A DNA stretch of 36,723 nt, from positions 1-36,723 of the IMG/VR virus record IMGVR_UViG_3300004481_000330; one strand, written 5' to 3'. This document shows positions 7,810 to 17,227 of this stretch, piece by piece. Within the stretch, counting starts at the first letter, position 1; the number at the start of each line of letters is the position of its first letter. The notes below the pieces were generated by a model, which saw only the letters and a list, made by a program, of their open reading frames with translations, made no database searches and was not told the origin of the DNA. The DNA is from a virus. Position numbers and translations under genes: made by a program.

Positions 7810-9189
7810 TTAATCAGCAGAGATGCCAAATTCAACCGAAAGCTGGCGCTTAATCGCGTTCATTTGTGTAGGTGTCGCCTTCTTCAAATCAACTTGATAC
7901 TGTTTTGCAAGTTCAGAAGCACGATCATTGATAAGTTTCGGAACATTGTCCAAAGGTATATCTTTGAAAGACAAACCTTTTCTCAGGATGTAAGCATTAC
8001 GGGCCTCAACAAGCCGCAATTCTTTCATTGTGTTGTTGAGTTTTGCTTGGAATTCTGTAGGACTATCGCCATCAAAAATTCCTTGCCCAGCACTTGGCAA
8101 GCCAGCTTCAATTCTGGCGGCTTCCTGAATACCCATAGAGGCTCCAGTAAGTGCTTTAATTGTCTGACTCAAGTTGTTAAGAGTGTTCTGCTTGAACTGA
8201 GAAAACTGTGCAAGTGACTGCTTTTCCTCTGGGGCAAGATTTGCACCAGATTTTTCTTTGATCGCAGACCATGCTTGACCAGCCTTAAACTTTGGCTGCA
8301 AATACTCTGGCTTGAACTGACTTTCAATCTGGTTATACATTGAAAGGCGAGAGCCAGATTCAAGCAATGAGGTTTGCAAATCTTTTACTGTGCTTTTGTC
8401 TGGGGCCAGTGCGCCCGGAGGGTACACAACAGTTGCAGTGTCTTTTCTAGCTCTTGACGCTTCAGCACTAATCTTATCCATAGCGCCGGGAATCTTAGCC
8501 AATTCGATTGGATCGTTTGTCTGAAACAATCTTAAAGCAGCATTGCTTTCGGCTCCAGTCAAGCGTTGAATGGGCTTCTCTTTAGTCGCACCAGTAGCAA
8601 CAACTTCAGTTTGTTGAGTAAGTGGATTAAATCTAATAAGTTGTTCTTCTGGGCCAACTTTTGTCAGATCGCCACTCATTGTTTTTTGCAGATCCAAAGC
8701 ATTTTTCAGATACGCTTGGCCAGTGCCACCCAATGCCATCAATTGAGGCGCAACACCAGCCAAATCAAATCGTGCGGCTTGAGCTGGTTTAGCACCAACA
8801 ACACCTTCACCAACTTGTTGGCCCATGATGTCTTCACCATAGACTTCTTGTCCAGGAACAGCGGCTTGAGCTGGCTTATAGCCCTGCATAAACAATGCTT
8901 TAGCAAGAGCTTCTTCTTTCTTCTTGCGTTGCAATTCCTGCAATTGAGCCATAGTCATTTGCTCTTGCAGTTGACCTTGCATTGCTTGTTTGTACAACTG
9001 CTGGCCTTGTTGAAGACCTTGAGCAATAGAAGCACCAGTGTTTCCACCTTGGAACAAACGACCAGCCAAGCCATACAAGGCTTGAGCTTGAGCATCGTCA
9101 CGAGCACTTTGAATGTCTGCTTGACTCATGCCAAGCAAGCCAAGCGTATCAGCGCCACCTGTACCGAAAATATCAAGAAGTCCAGCCAT
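7810..9189 (-). CDS. virion-associated protein (internal/ejection protein candidate)
   Basis: 459 aa with a Gly/Gln-rich N-terminus and a coiled-coil stretch (QLQELQRKKKEEALAKA). Assigned by position in the structural operon only. Confidence 0.45.
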   Translation of the reverse strand: MAGLLDIFGTGGADTLGLLGMSQADIQSARDDAQAQALYGLAGRLFQGGNTGASIAQGLQQGQQLYKQAMQGQLQEQMTMAQLQELQRKKKEEALAKALFMQGYKPAQAAVPGQEVYGEDIMGQQVGEGVVGAKPAQAARFDLAGVAPQLMALGGTGQAYLKNALDLQKTMSGDLTKVGPEEQLIRFNPLTQQTEVVATGATKEKPIQRLTGAESNAALRLFQTNDPIELAKIPGAMDKISAEASRARKDTATVVYPPGALAPDKSTVKDLQTSLLESGSRLSMYNQIESQFKPEYLQPKFKAGQAWSAIKEKSGANLAPEEKQSLAQFSQFKQNTLNNLSQTIKALTGASMGIQEAARIEAGLPSAGQGIFDGDSPTEFQAKLNNTMKELRLVEARNAYILRKGLSFKDIPLDNVPKLINDRASELAKQYQVDLKKATPTQMNAIKRQLSVEFGISAD

Positions 9190-9191
9190 GA

Positions 9192-10088
9192 TTAGTACCC
9201 GCTAATGTTTGCAAAATCATATTGCGACAGATTCGCATATGGATCAACAACGGCTGGAGAACCAAAGCTGCCAAGCCAGTTTCCAATGCTAGACAAACCA
9301 GCGGTTCCGCCAATGTTCTTATACAAGCCACCCAAAGTAGCAGCAGTGCCCAAGACATTTTGCAAGGTAGAGGTATCAGCAGAACCAGTTTGAGTTTGGC
9401 TTCGAAGGTTGGCCATTGGGCTGCCATAAACGCTAGACAAGAACGTGGACAGGTTTTGCTGAGGAGCGTTCTGGCCATAGTTGAATCGAGCAATGTCAGA
9501 CTGAAGCTGTTGACCTGTGTAACCCTCACGAGCTTGGCCAGCAGCCAGCAGATTCTGAATGTCTTGGTAATCAGCCTGAGCCATTGCAGGAGCAGCCATC
9601 GTTGCAGCTTGTTGGCGAGCGCGTTCGTCAGAGTAGTTCTGATAAGCCAGTTGGCCAGCCGTGTTACTCAGTTGTTGCGCCAGTTGACCAGATGCACGAT
9701 CTTGCAAAGTGCCCATTGCACCAGAACCGTATCGACCAGCCTTAGATGCAGCCGAGCCAATGTCACCCAAAGCAGTTTGGAACTGTTGCGTAGCGGCTTG
9801 AGCAGCAGGAGCAAAAGCACCTTGAAAGAATGGATTGCCGCCAAGGTATTGACCACCGATTGTGCCTTGCAGTTGGCCTTGAGCTTGACCAAGCAAAGGA
9901 TTGCCCTGTGATGCTCGTTGCTCAAGAGCCTGAAGACCAGTTTGAGTGGTCTGTGAAGGACTTACATAAGTCTGACCAGCGTAATACTGAGGGCCACCAG
10001 CCTGGTACAGCTTCTGAGCTTCAGTCAGACCATACGACAAAAACGGCTGAATTGTTGGATCTACGGACGAGGTGGTAGTTACCGCCAT
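9192..10088 (-). CDS. Gln/Gly/Ala-rich virion-associated protein
   Basis: 298 aa with strongly biased composition (Q, G, A). AAGGAG lies upstream of the ATG. Assigned by position in the structural operon only. Confidence 0.45.
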   Translation of the reverse strand: MAVTTTSSVDPTIQPFLSYGLTEAQKLYQAGGPQYYAGQTYVSPSQTTQTGLQALEQRASQGNPLLGQAQGQLQGTIGGQYLGGNPFFQGAFAPAAQAATQQFQTALGDIGSAASKAGRYGSGAMGTLQDRASGQLAQQLSNTAGQLAYQNYSDERARQQAATMAAPAMAQADYQDIQNLLAAGQAREGYTGQQLQSDIARFNYGQNAPQQNLSTFLSSVYGSPMANLRSQTQTGSADTSTLQNVLGTAATLGGLYKNIGGTAGLSSIGNWLGSFGSPAVVDPYANLSQYDFANISGY

Positions 10089-10108
10089 GATTAACTCCTT
10101 AAAGTTCT

Positions 10109-10138
10109 GGATTCCATGACGGGTGATCCGATGGAACC
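10109..10138 (-). promoter_or_regulatory. intercistronic hairpin in the only sizeable gap of the tail operon
   Basis: ggAttccat (10109-10117) pairs with atggaacc (10131-10138), giving 8 bp with one bulge. An inner cgg/ccg pair adds 3 bp. No U-tract follows on the minus strand, and AAGGAG plus the ATG follow. Confidence 0.3.
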
Positions 10139-10154
10139 GATTATAAACACTTGT

Positions 10155-10958
10155 TTAGCCGATAACAACATACGCATATGTCTTGTCAGCCGTTGAATTT
10201 GCAAAATGCTTTACCGTTGCAGTGCCTTTTCCTTGTGCGCTCACATAAACACAATAGTCACCAGCAGCATTTGTTCCGTTAGATGACACAAAATTAACGG
10301 TCACAATGGCAGATGGAGTTGCTGGCCTTGATGGGCTTGTCTGCGTTGGCAGTTGCTCAATTGATACAGTCGTACTTGATGTACGCCACATGATCTCAGT
10401 GTAATCATTCGCGTTCATCTCTATCCAAAAGTTCATTGCAGCAATCAAATGGCCATCAACACCACCATGGCTGTTTGGAATAGAGAACTTGCTGTTTGAG
10501 TTTGGAACATCCGTACCATTTTTACGGAACCAAATATCAACATCATGAATTTGACTATCAGTATTGTTAAACTGAAAACTGAACTGAATGTTATAGATTC
10601 CGTAGCTTTTAACAGTAAGCTGAGATGTACTTACAACACTGATTCCATTTGAAAAATCAGTGGTTCCAAACTTTATTGCATACGCAGCAGTTGTAGATGC
10701 AGCCGTTTGATCTGTTGAATCCTGAAAAGCACCGTATGGAGTTGAGTCAGTAAACGCAGCAGCAGAAAACGGAATCAGAATGATCTTGCTATCTGGACTG
10801 ATACGCTCGTCATAGAGCGTTGTTGTTGTAGCGTTACCAGTGGCAAGAGTGACAGTTCCAGTGTTGTTCGTCTTGCCATTCATGATGCCATTGACAACCT
10901 CAGCAACAGCACGAGGGTCATTGCCAAAAGTTGGAAGTGTTCTGAACATTGTTGCCAT
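10155..10958 (-). CDS. putative receptor-binding protein with a C1q/TNF-like jelly-roll signature
   Basis: The central segment GIYNIQFSFQF...DIWFRKNGTDV resembles C1q/BclA-type beta-sandwich fibre tips. The N-terminus (FRTLPTFGNDPRAVAEVVNGIMNGKTN) resembles a virion-attachment module. Confidence 0.45.
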   Translation of the reverse strand: MATMFRTLPTFGNDPRAVAEVVNGIMNGKTNNTGTVTLATGNATTTTLYDERISPDSKIILIPFSAAAFTDSTPYGAFQDSTDQTAASTTAAYAIKFGTTDFSNGISVVSTSQLTVKSYGIYNIQFSFQFNNTDSQIHDVDIWFRKNGTDVPNSNSKFSIPNSHGGVDGHLIAAMNFWIEMNANDYTEIMWRTSSTTVSIEQLPTQTSPSRPATPSAIVTVNFVSSNGTNAAGDYCVYVSAQGKGTATVKHFANSTADKTYAYVVIG

Positions 10959-12406
10959 CAGCGGCCACCTTGTCCAGACAAATCAACATTCAAAGAAATT
11001 GCAGTCGTCCAGTTTGATCCAGTTGGAACAACCTTGAAGCGGTGGTAATTTCCATTTGATCTCAAAGAGACTCTGTTTTCAGAATCAGCAGCAACAGCAG
11101 TTCCAAACGTAAGACCCTCACTCAAAAGCGTTCTGGAGGCCACAGAAACGGTTGCAGAGCCGTTATCTACTTGCGGCTTGGCCAATGTGACCACGGATCG
11201 TCCACCAGCGTCCAAATCGCCTGTAATCAGTTGGCCAGTTGCAGATGCACCGTTGTATGTCACAACGTAAGCGCCAGAAGTACCGCCAAGGAAATACTTA
11301 CCGCCCATGTAAAGAATCGAATCGAGGCTTACAGGCAGAGCATCAATACTAGAAGAAATAGAGTCCAAGCCTTCAAGCGATGTTGCAGATGTTGAAGCAT
11401 CAGAAATGTAATTGGCTCCAGCATCGCCGTATGTCCATTTTTGTGTTTTGAAGTTGTAAATGATTAGCTGGCGCTGTGCAAAGATTGTTTTGAAATTCCA
11501 AATCACCAACTTTCGGACTGGATCAACAGCAGCACTCATTGTGTCAAAAGCTGATTCATCTGCGTTGTTAAAGAACCAACGATCAACCTTTTCAGAACCA
11601 ATTGGCTGAATTTGCTGACCATCACACAGATAGAAACCATCGTCAGACAAGAAGAATGTGATGCCTTGAATTTGAACAATCGAGCTTGCAGCAATACAAC
11701 CCTTGCCACGAGAAATGTTGTCAAACTGGAAGATGAAAGGCGTTCCAATGTAGCTCATGCGGCTGATGCCTTTTTCCATGAACACCAAGCCAAATTCACC
11801 ACCACGAATGCCAACAATCTGACCACCATCAGCAATGTCTTGGTAGTCTGCTTGAGTTACTTGGCTTGAACCCCATGCTGTCTCATCATTGATACCAGAC
11901 CAGCGAACACGAGAAGGGTAAACAGTAGAGCTTTCAGTCGTAAACGCAGTGACAACGAAATCACGCACAACAGTCAGGTATTTGCTGACAGGTGCTGTTG
12001 CGGCCAAATCAGCGAACAGACTTGACGTTCCCAATGTGTATGCTTGCATTGGATCGCTGTTGTTTGTTCCAATGATTACATTTCCAAACTGAGTAAACCT
12101 GAAGCGATCAGCATTTGCGTTTGGCGTGTAGCCACCAGATTTTGAAACGTTAGTCAGAGCGCCAACGCCTGAAACGTCATAAATCTTTGTTGATCCAGCA
12201 GCAAACAATTTGGTTGTATTTGCTGGAGTTTTACCAGCCACCAAGGTTGTCAGATCTTCAGCAGCGGCTTCAGAGAACGCGACAGCAGTTGGCAAAGGGC
12301 CATAGCCAATAGCCTGAGAAACTACATTCTTGGCATCAACCAAAGCACCAGAGATGCCAGGCTGATCGGGCATCCATTCACCAAATGTCAGTTTTGTTGT
12401 AGCCAT
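10958..12406 (-). CDS. tail structural protein (nozzle/tubular-type candidate)
   Basis: 482 aa. The N-terminal FGEWMPDQPGISG motif is recalled from podovirus tail proteins. It has 1-nt and 19-nt overlaps with its neighbours. Confidence 0.45.
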   Translation of the reverse strand: MATTKLTFGEWMPDQPGISGALVDAKNVVSQAIGYGPLPTAVAFSEAAAEDLTTLVAGKTPANTTKLFAAGSTKIYDVSGVGALTNVSKSGGYTPNANADRFRFTQFGNVIIGTNNSDPMQAYTLGTSSLFADLAATAPVSKYLTVVRDFVVTAFTTESSTVYPSRVRWSGINDETAWGSSQVTQADYQDIADGGQIVGIRGGEFGLVFMEKGISRMSYIGTPFIFQFDNISRGKGCIAASSIVQIQGITFFLSDDGFYLCDGQQIQPIGSEKVDRWFFNNADESAFDTMSAAVDPVRKLVIWNFKTIFAQRQLIIYNFKTQKWTYGDAGANYISDASTSATSLEGLDSISSSIDALPVSLDSILYMGGKYFLGGTSGAYVVTYNGASATGQLITGDLDAGGRSVVTLAKPQVDNGSATVSVASRTLLSEGLTFGTAVAADSENRVSLRSNGNYHRFKVVPTGSNWTTAISLNVDLSGQGGR

Positions 12407-12933
12407 GTGTTACTTCCAGTTGATTGCTCAGTCCAAACATTTGAATTTGAGCTTACATCAGTCCAAACATTGTCGTTTTCTTGAACATCTGCCCAATTAT
12501 CGCCAATTCTTACAGCATTGATTGTGTAGCTTGCAATGCAGCTTACGCTTGCTGAATCACTGTAATTTGCATAGGCAGAAGATGAAACAGTGCAAGTTGC
12601 AAAAACAGATGATGCACCAGAAGCAATAATTGCAGCATTCGCGCTATACGATGCAACGCAGTTAACGCTAGAAGATGATGTTCTGACTCTTGAATAAGTA
12701 ACAGACACACTTGCTTCGCATCCAGCAGAACCATCATCAGAAACTAAACGAGATCCGTTTAGAGTTGAACTTGCAGAGCAAGAAACACTGGCTGTCGCAG
12801 ACCTTACGGCTGAACCAATAGCATTGATCGAGGCAACACAAGAAACAGACGCAGACGAATCTTCATAGTCTGCATCGTATGTTGTATATCCTGCAACCCA
12901 ATAGCCTGACTCAACGTAAAAATCTGAAATCAT
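12388..12933 (-). CDS. Ser-rich repeat protein (fibre/spike-associated candidate)
   Basis: Reiterated ASVSC.AS-type motifs: SASVSCVASINAIGS, TASVSCSASSTLNGS, SSSVNCVASYSANA, SASVSCIASYTINA. Confidence 0.5.
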   Translation of the reverse strand: MISDFYVESGYWVAGYTTYDADYEDSSASVSCVASINAIGSAVRSATASVSCSASSTLNGSRLVSDDGSAGCEASVSVTYSRVRTSSSSVNCVASYSANAAIIASGASSVFATCTVSSSAYANYSDSASVSCIASYTINAVRIGDNWADVQENDNVWTDVSSNSNVWTEQSTGSNTWLQQN

Positions 12934-13370
12934 TACGCACCACCAATAGTTTCAACAGTGGATGTATTTTGGCCTCTAGCCTTGATTTCAGCAACCTTAG
13001 CAATCCATTCTTCCATTGTTGCTTCACCACGTTGTGCTTTGAAGAACAAAGGATCTGATTCTGTGCGATAGGCTTCTGCACGAGCAGCCTTGTCAGCAGC
13101 ATCAAAAGCGGCAATATCAGCGTCAAGTTCATCTTGAGTTTTCTTCTCAACTTGAACAGTGAACACCTGTCCATATTCAATGTATGGTGCAACTGCTACA
13201 AGTTTTTCAGTTGCATGGCTGTAAGGCTTCCACAAATTTACTTGTAGACAGCCATTCTCAGCCAAGAAAGCATCATCAGGGCCATTTACTCCAAAGCTGG
13301 TGTCTGGAAACATTGACTTGTAGTCAGCCACATCGAGCACTTGACCATTTTCAACTTTTGCGATCAGCAT
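12933..13370 (-). CDS. tail-fibre assembly/chaperone-like protein
   Basis: 145 aa directly downstream of the LamG protein. The N-terminal pattern (NGQVLDVADYKSMFPDTSFGVNGPDDAFLAENG) resembles phage fibre-assembly proteins as I recall them. Confidence 0.45.
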   Translation of the reverse strand: MLIAKVENGQVLDVADYKSMFPDTSFGVNGPDDAFLAENGCLQVNLWKPYSHATEKLVAVAPYIEYGQVFTVQVEKKTQDELDADIAAFDAADKAARAEAYRTESDPLFFKAQRGEATMEEWIAKVAEIKARGQNTSTVETIGGA

Positions 13371-13379
13371 GGTTGTCCT

Positions 13380-15374
13380 TTAATTGTTGGGGAATGCCGC
13401 TGTTGGTGGCGTGAAGTTGGCAGTGTATCGGGCAACGCCTTTGGTGATCCGCAGGTCGTCGATGTAGCCGTTCATGGGACTGGTAGCCGCACGATCTGCG
13501 CCAACATACCCAATGCTGGTTTGATTAAAGTTATCCGTCACTGCACCGCCGCTTGTAGCATCAACTGAACCGTTCAAATAAATCTTCAGGTTGCCTGTTG
13601 CACTTCCACTGCGGACAACCGCAACGTAATACCAAGTGGAAATAAGCAAAGGCGTTGTTGCAGTTAATGCGGTTGCTGTGTAGCTAAACACAAGCTGATT
13701 CAAAGAATTCACACCAAAGGAAATTCCCGTGGTACTTGTGCCTTTTGAAAAGAACCCTCGAGCACTTCCAAGAGCGGATAAATATATCCACCCTTCGATT
13801 GTGAAATCACCCGAGCCAAGTTGAACGTTCGGTGAATCAATAAAAGTAAGCCAGTCGCCAGTCCCATCAAACGCCATCGACCCTGTGCCGTACTTCTTCA
13901 CACTTGTGCTGATCTGAGCATTACCCACAGTCACCAGATCGTTCATCATGGCGTTGTCGAAGATGCCAGCATTGACAGTGTTCAGCAGCAGCGATGTGTT
14001 GGTGATGGCTGTCAGAGGGGCTGTTGGTGGGGTGAAGTTGGCAGTGTAGACCGCAGTGCCTTTGACCACACGCAGGTTGCTAACGTAACCGTTTAAATTG
14101 TCAAAGCCGGGATATGCACCAATACATGGCCGACTTGTTCCAATCAGAGTGGTAGCACTTGTGGAGTAAGTACCAGCAGACACACCATTTAGGTACATCG
14201 TAATGACGCCACTGCTTCTGACAAGAGCAACATGATTCCAAGTGTTGTACGCAAATGTTGTAGTAATACGTGCAGCCGAACTCATGCGAAACACAAGAGA
14301 TGTTCCACTGTGCTCAATGGTTACATACACACCTTCTTGACCACTTCCACGAGACTCATAAAGTTTTGGCGTTCCTGTTCCTGCACCTAAAGCGTAAAAC
14401 CACAATTCAACAGTGAAGTCAGCATTAAAAGAAAACGCAGATTGACCACCAAGAAGCAGGTATTGCGTTCCCGTCATAAACCCGCTACCGCCAATCACAC
14501 TTGTGCTGTACTCAGCAGCAGGGTCAAACGGGCTGAACCGCTGCACAGATGGAGTGCCTGTCACAGTGATCGTGAAATTGTTGATGCTGTTGTCACGGAA
14601 ACGATTGCTTTGGCAGGTCAGCAACGATGTGCCAGAGACAGCCGTTAGAGGTGTCGTGGATGGTGTGAAGTTGCTGGTGTAGACAGCCGTGCCTTTGACA
14701 AGTCTCAAATTGCTGACAGAGCCAATCAAAGCAGAACTTGCAGCATCGCCTCGTCCGATCTGGAAAGGATGAGAAGACCCACCATCAGCAGAAAAACTGG
14801 CAGTCGTTGTAGCCTCTAAAACACCATTGATAAACAGGCTCCAAACGTTTCCAGAGCGTGTCACAGCGATGTGATACCAAACACCAATGACAACCGTAGT
14901 GGTACTAATCAAAAGAGGCGTTGACGAGCTGTAGTTGTAGGCTTGGAACAGAAACTTTGTGGAGGCGCTTGCGTGTCGGTCGCAAAGCTCCCAAGCATTA
15001 GCAGCCCACGCTGTTGTGTGGTTTCCAGCGATCAACGGGTAAAGGGCTGTCTTCGGCTGAGGGTTGTACCAGCATTCCAAAGTGAAATCGCTTGTCCCCA
15101 TTGCGAATGCGGCGTTTGAAGCTGTTGTGAGATAGCTGCTGCCGTTGAAATAATTACTCCACAAATCCCCATAAGGACTGAAGCTACCCTGCGTAGGCGT
15201 ACCGTTGCGGGTGATCGTGAAGTTGTTGGTGCTGCTGTCCACAAACGTGTTGTTCTGAGCACCATTGGTTCCATCACCATGCAACAGCATTGTGACGTAG
15301 TTGAACTGAGGGTCAGTAGCTGGCGGAGGAGATCCAGTCGCAACAGCAGACGTTTTAGAAGCAGCAAACATCAA
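13380..15374 (-). CDS. triple LamG/concanavalin-A-like lectin-domain protein (receptor-binding candidate)
   Basis: Three roughly 210-aa repeats each end in NLRLVKGTAVYTSNFTPSTTPLTAV, NLRVVKGTAVYTANFTPPTAPLTAI and DLRITKGVARYTANFTPPTAAF. The MLLHGDG...FVDSS start is typical of LamG jelly-rolls. Confidence 0.75.
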   Translation of the reverse strand: MMFAASKTSAVATGSPPPATDPQFNYVTMLLHGDGTNGAQNNTFVDSSTNNFTITRNGTPTQGSFSPYGDLWSNYFNGSSYLTTASNAAFAMGTSDFTLECWYNPQPKTALYPLIAGNHTTAWAANAWELCDRHASASTKFLFQAYNYSSSTPLLISTTTVVIGVWYHIAVTRSGNVWSLFINGVLEATTTASFSADGGSSHPFQIGRGDAASSALIGSVSNLRLVKGTAVYTSNFTPSTTPLTAVSGTSLLTCQSNRFRDNSINNFTITVTGTPSVQRFSPFDPAAEYSTSVIGGSGFMTGTQYLLLGGQSAFSFNADFTVELWFYALGAGTGTPKLYESRGSGQEGVYVTIEHSGTSLVFRMSSAARITTTFAYNTWNHVALVRSSGVITMYLNGVSAGTYSTSATTLIGTSRPCIGAYPGFDNLNGYVSNLRVVKGTAVYTANFTPPTAPLTAITNTSLLLNTVNAGIFDNAMMNDLVTVGNAQISTSVKKYGTGSMAFDGTGDWLTFIDSPNVQLGSGDFTIEGWIYLSALGSARGFFSKGTSTTGISFGVNSLNQLVFSYTATALTATTPLLISTWYYVAVVRSGSATGNLKIYLNGSVDATSGGAVTDNFNQTSIGYVGADRAATSPMNGYIDDLRITKGVARYTANFTPPTAAFPNN

Positions 15375-15379
15375 TCACC

Positions 15380-15826
15380 TCAAGGCGTATAGTTTTGGCC
15401 AACAGTTGTGCCATACCAGTTCGTTCCATCACTGAAGAACGAAAAGATGTCCATTTTGGATGCAGTTGAAGTGATTGTTGGAGCAGTAGCTGAAGGCCAC
15501 TTAACCGTTGTCCATGTCACACTGTAACTGCCAGCACCTGTTTTAAGGTAGATGATGAATGACTTACCAGCAACAGCCGTTGGCATTGTGATGGTAGGAC
15601 TTCCTGTTAATGTCAACACCTGAACAGTGCCGTTGGCCAGGTTCAGTGTAATAGCTGTACTGGTGTTGGCTGTATAAGGTGTCTCAATATAGTTCGTGAC
15701 AGTTGGATTGGTCAAAGCACCATTAGTGCTTTCAACCTTGTCAGTGTTGAGATTGGTAAAGTTCGCATCGACCTCATTATGAGTTAGAGGCGAACCCTTC
15801 CCAGAACGAGTTACGATTGTTGTCAT
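15380..15826 (-). CDS. tail-fibre-like protein (short)
   Basis: The N-terminal GKGSPLTHNEVDANFTNLN motif is common at the N-termini of phage fibre proteins. Confidence 0.5.
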   Translation of the reverse strand: MTTIVTRSGKGSPLTHNEVDANFTNLNTDKVESTNGALTNPTVTNYIETPYTANTSTAITLNLANGTVQVLTLTGSPTITMPTAVAGKSFIIYLKTGAGSYSVTWTTVKWPSATAPTITSTASKMDIFSFFSDGTNWYGTTVGQNYTP

Positions 15827-16209
15827 GCGAATGTTACCGTCAGATTCCCAGAAGCAATGCGGAACACATCGCCGTTATCAATCGTCTTGGAAGTTGTCAG
15901 TGCGCCATGAATCAACAGATTGCCACTTGTAGAAGCATCAAAAATGCCAAAGTAAGCAACAGTGCCCCAAGAGCCGGTGGCTTGAGGAAACTCAATAGTT
16001 GCTGACGTAGAAGATGCGCCATTAGAAGGTGCAGCAAATGTCGACGATTGACGAGCATAACCACTGCCAGAAACTTCTGTGCCAGAGCCAGCGTCTGTTG
16101 GATCACTCGTAAAAAGGCCAACATAAACAGTTGAAGGGCTGGTGAAGGCAGTATTTCGCAGCACTGCATTAACCAGAGCGTTCTCAAGATAGTTAGACAT
16201 TGCTGCCAT
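15823..16209 (-). CDS. conserved virion-module protein
   Basis: YLENALVNAVLRN...VYVGLFTSDP...GTEVSGSGYARQ...FGIFDA resembles a conserved small phage family found near fibre genes. Function unknown. Confidence 0.5.
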   Translation of the reverse strand: MAAMSNYLENALVNAVLRNTAFTSPSTVYVGLFTSDPTDAGSGTEVSGSGYARQSSTFAAPSNGASSTSATIEFPQATGSWGTVAYFGIFDASTSGNLLIHGALTTSKTIDNGDVFRIASGNLTVTFA

Positions 16210-16217
16210 GATTTACC

Positions 16218-16835
16218 TCACAAGGTTGTTTTGATTGAAAGTGGAACACCTGAATACTGGCCTTGCTGGTCAGATCGAGTGATTGACGACATAGCACGAT
16301 CAAACATAGTTCCCCATGTGTTAATCCTTGCATCATTCATCAAGTAAGGCTCTGCCTCAAGCAAAGCACCATAAAGCAAAGCGTCAGGTGTATTTGCAAG
16401 GAAGGCGTTACTTGTGTTTGTATCGCTCAAAAATGCAGGTGCAGCAAAGTAAAAAAGCTGAACTGTATATACACCATCAGGAATTGGTGCGAGCTGAAAG
16501 TCGTTAGCCAAAACTGTGTAATCCAGTGGCTTTCCACTTTCCCATGATCGAGTGTTTCGATTGAAAGCAGACGGGCTGTAATAGTTCAAAGATTGAACAG
16601 GATTACCAACAACCACAAAATCACGCACTTCAAGAAAATCGCTTGGCAGTTCAACAGTGCTATCTGCTGCAACAGTCGCAGTCGTTACGCTTTTGAGCAT
16701 TTGACGAATACGCAGATCACGGCGCAAACGAGTCTCAGCAAGACGAATGAAGTCTGGAATTTGTGTTGTCAAATCACTGCGAGCCAAGTAACTCGCAATG
16801 GTTGTCTGCAAATCAGAGTAAGAAGTAATTGCCAT
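16218..16835 (-). CDS. head-tail adaptor/connector-like protein
   Basis: Start set at the ATG at 16835 (TGATG overlap with the upstream stop). ITSYSDLQTTIASYLARSDLTTQIPDFIRLAETRLRRDLRIRQM matches the adaptor-type N-terminus I recall. Confidence 0.5.
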   Translation of the reverse strand: MAITSYSDLQTTIASYLARSDLTTQIPDFIRLAETRLRRDLRIRQMLKSVTTATVAADSTVELPSDFLEVRDFVVVGNPVQSLNYYSPSAFNRNTRSWESGKPLDYTVLANDFQLAPIPDGVYTVQLFYFAAPAFLSDTNTSNAFLANTPDALLYGALLEAEPYLMNDARINTWGTMFDRAMSSITRSDQQGQYSGVPLSIKTTL

Positions 16836-17146
16836 CAGATAACCCCTGGGCGTGTTCGCCATGCACGATTGTCTGGATCATTCAGCCACATCGCAAAGCG
16901 AGCATTGTCAACAACATGAAACCCACGCATGATGCCTTTGTGGTTCAGCTCATCAATTGCAGTGAATGGAATGGATGCAACCTTATTCCCATAAAGTTCA
17001 TCAGACCATTTTGCCCGTTCGTCATAACTGTTAAATTCATGCTTGTTTTTTTCGACGATTTCAGATACATCCTGACTTGTTTGAATAATCAGGCCACCAT
17101 CACCATCAGCGTGAGCAACAGAATTACGAAATGTAGGGTTTTCCAT
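16835..17146 (-). CDS. conserved hypothetical protein downstream of the capsid gene
   Basis: 103-aa ORF with coding-like composition. It is the first gene after the capsid terminator hairpin. Confidence 0.5.
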   Translation of the reverse strand: MENPTFRNSVAHADGDGGLIIQTSQDVSEIVEKNKHEFNSYDERAKWSDELYGNKVASIPFTAIDELNHKGIMRGFHVVDNARFAMWLNDPDNRAWRTRPGVI

Positions 17147-17175
17147 AGTTCAATTCTAACATTGCAGTGTTAAAG

Positions 17176-17207
17176 AAAAAAGCCCCCCAAGGTTTCCCAA
17201 GGGAGGC
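17176..17207 (-). terminator. Rho-independent terminator after the major capsid gene
   Basis: The minus-strand RNA reads GCCUCCC-UUGGGAAACCUU-GGGGGGC followed by UUUUUU. That is a 7-bp GC stem with one G-U pair and a possible inner GG/CC with a GAAA loop. It starts 21 nt after the capsid stop. Confidence 0.7.
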
Positions 17208-17227
17208 TTTATCTAACTTACGTCAGA

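Noticed and set aside
13380-15374. Possible diversity-generating retroelement target, given the repeated C-terminal blocks in a receptor-binding protein.
   Set aside because: There is no reverse transcriptase ORF anywhere in the closed genome. There is no non-coding template repeat with adenine-specific mismatches. The repeats are ordinary tandem domain duplications.
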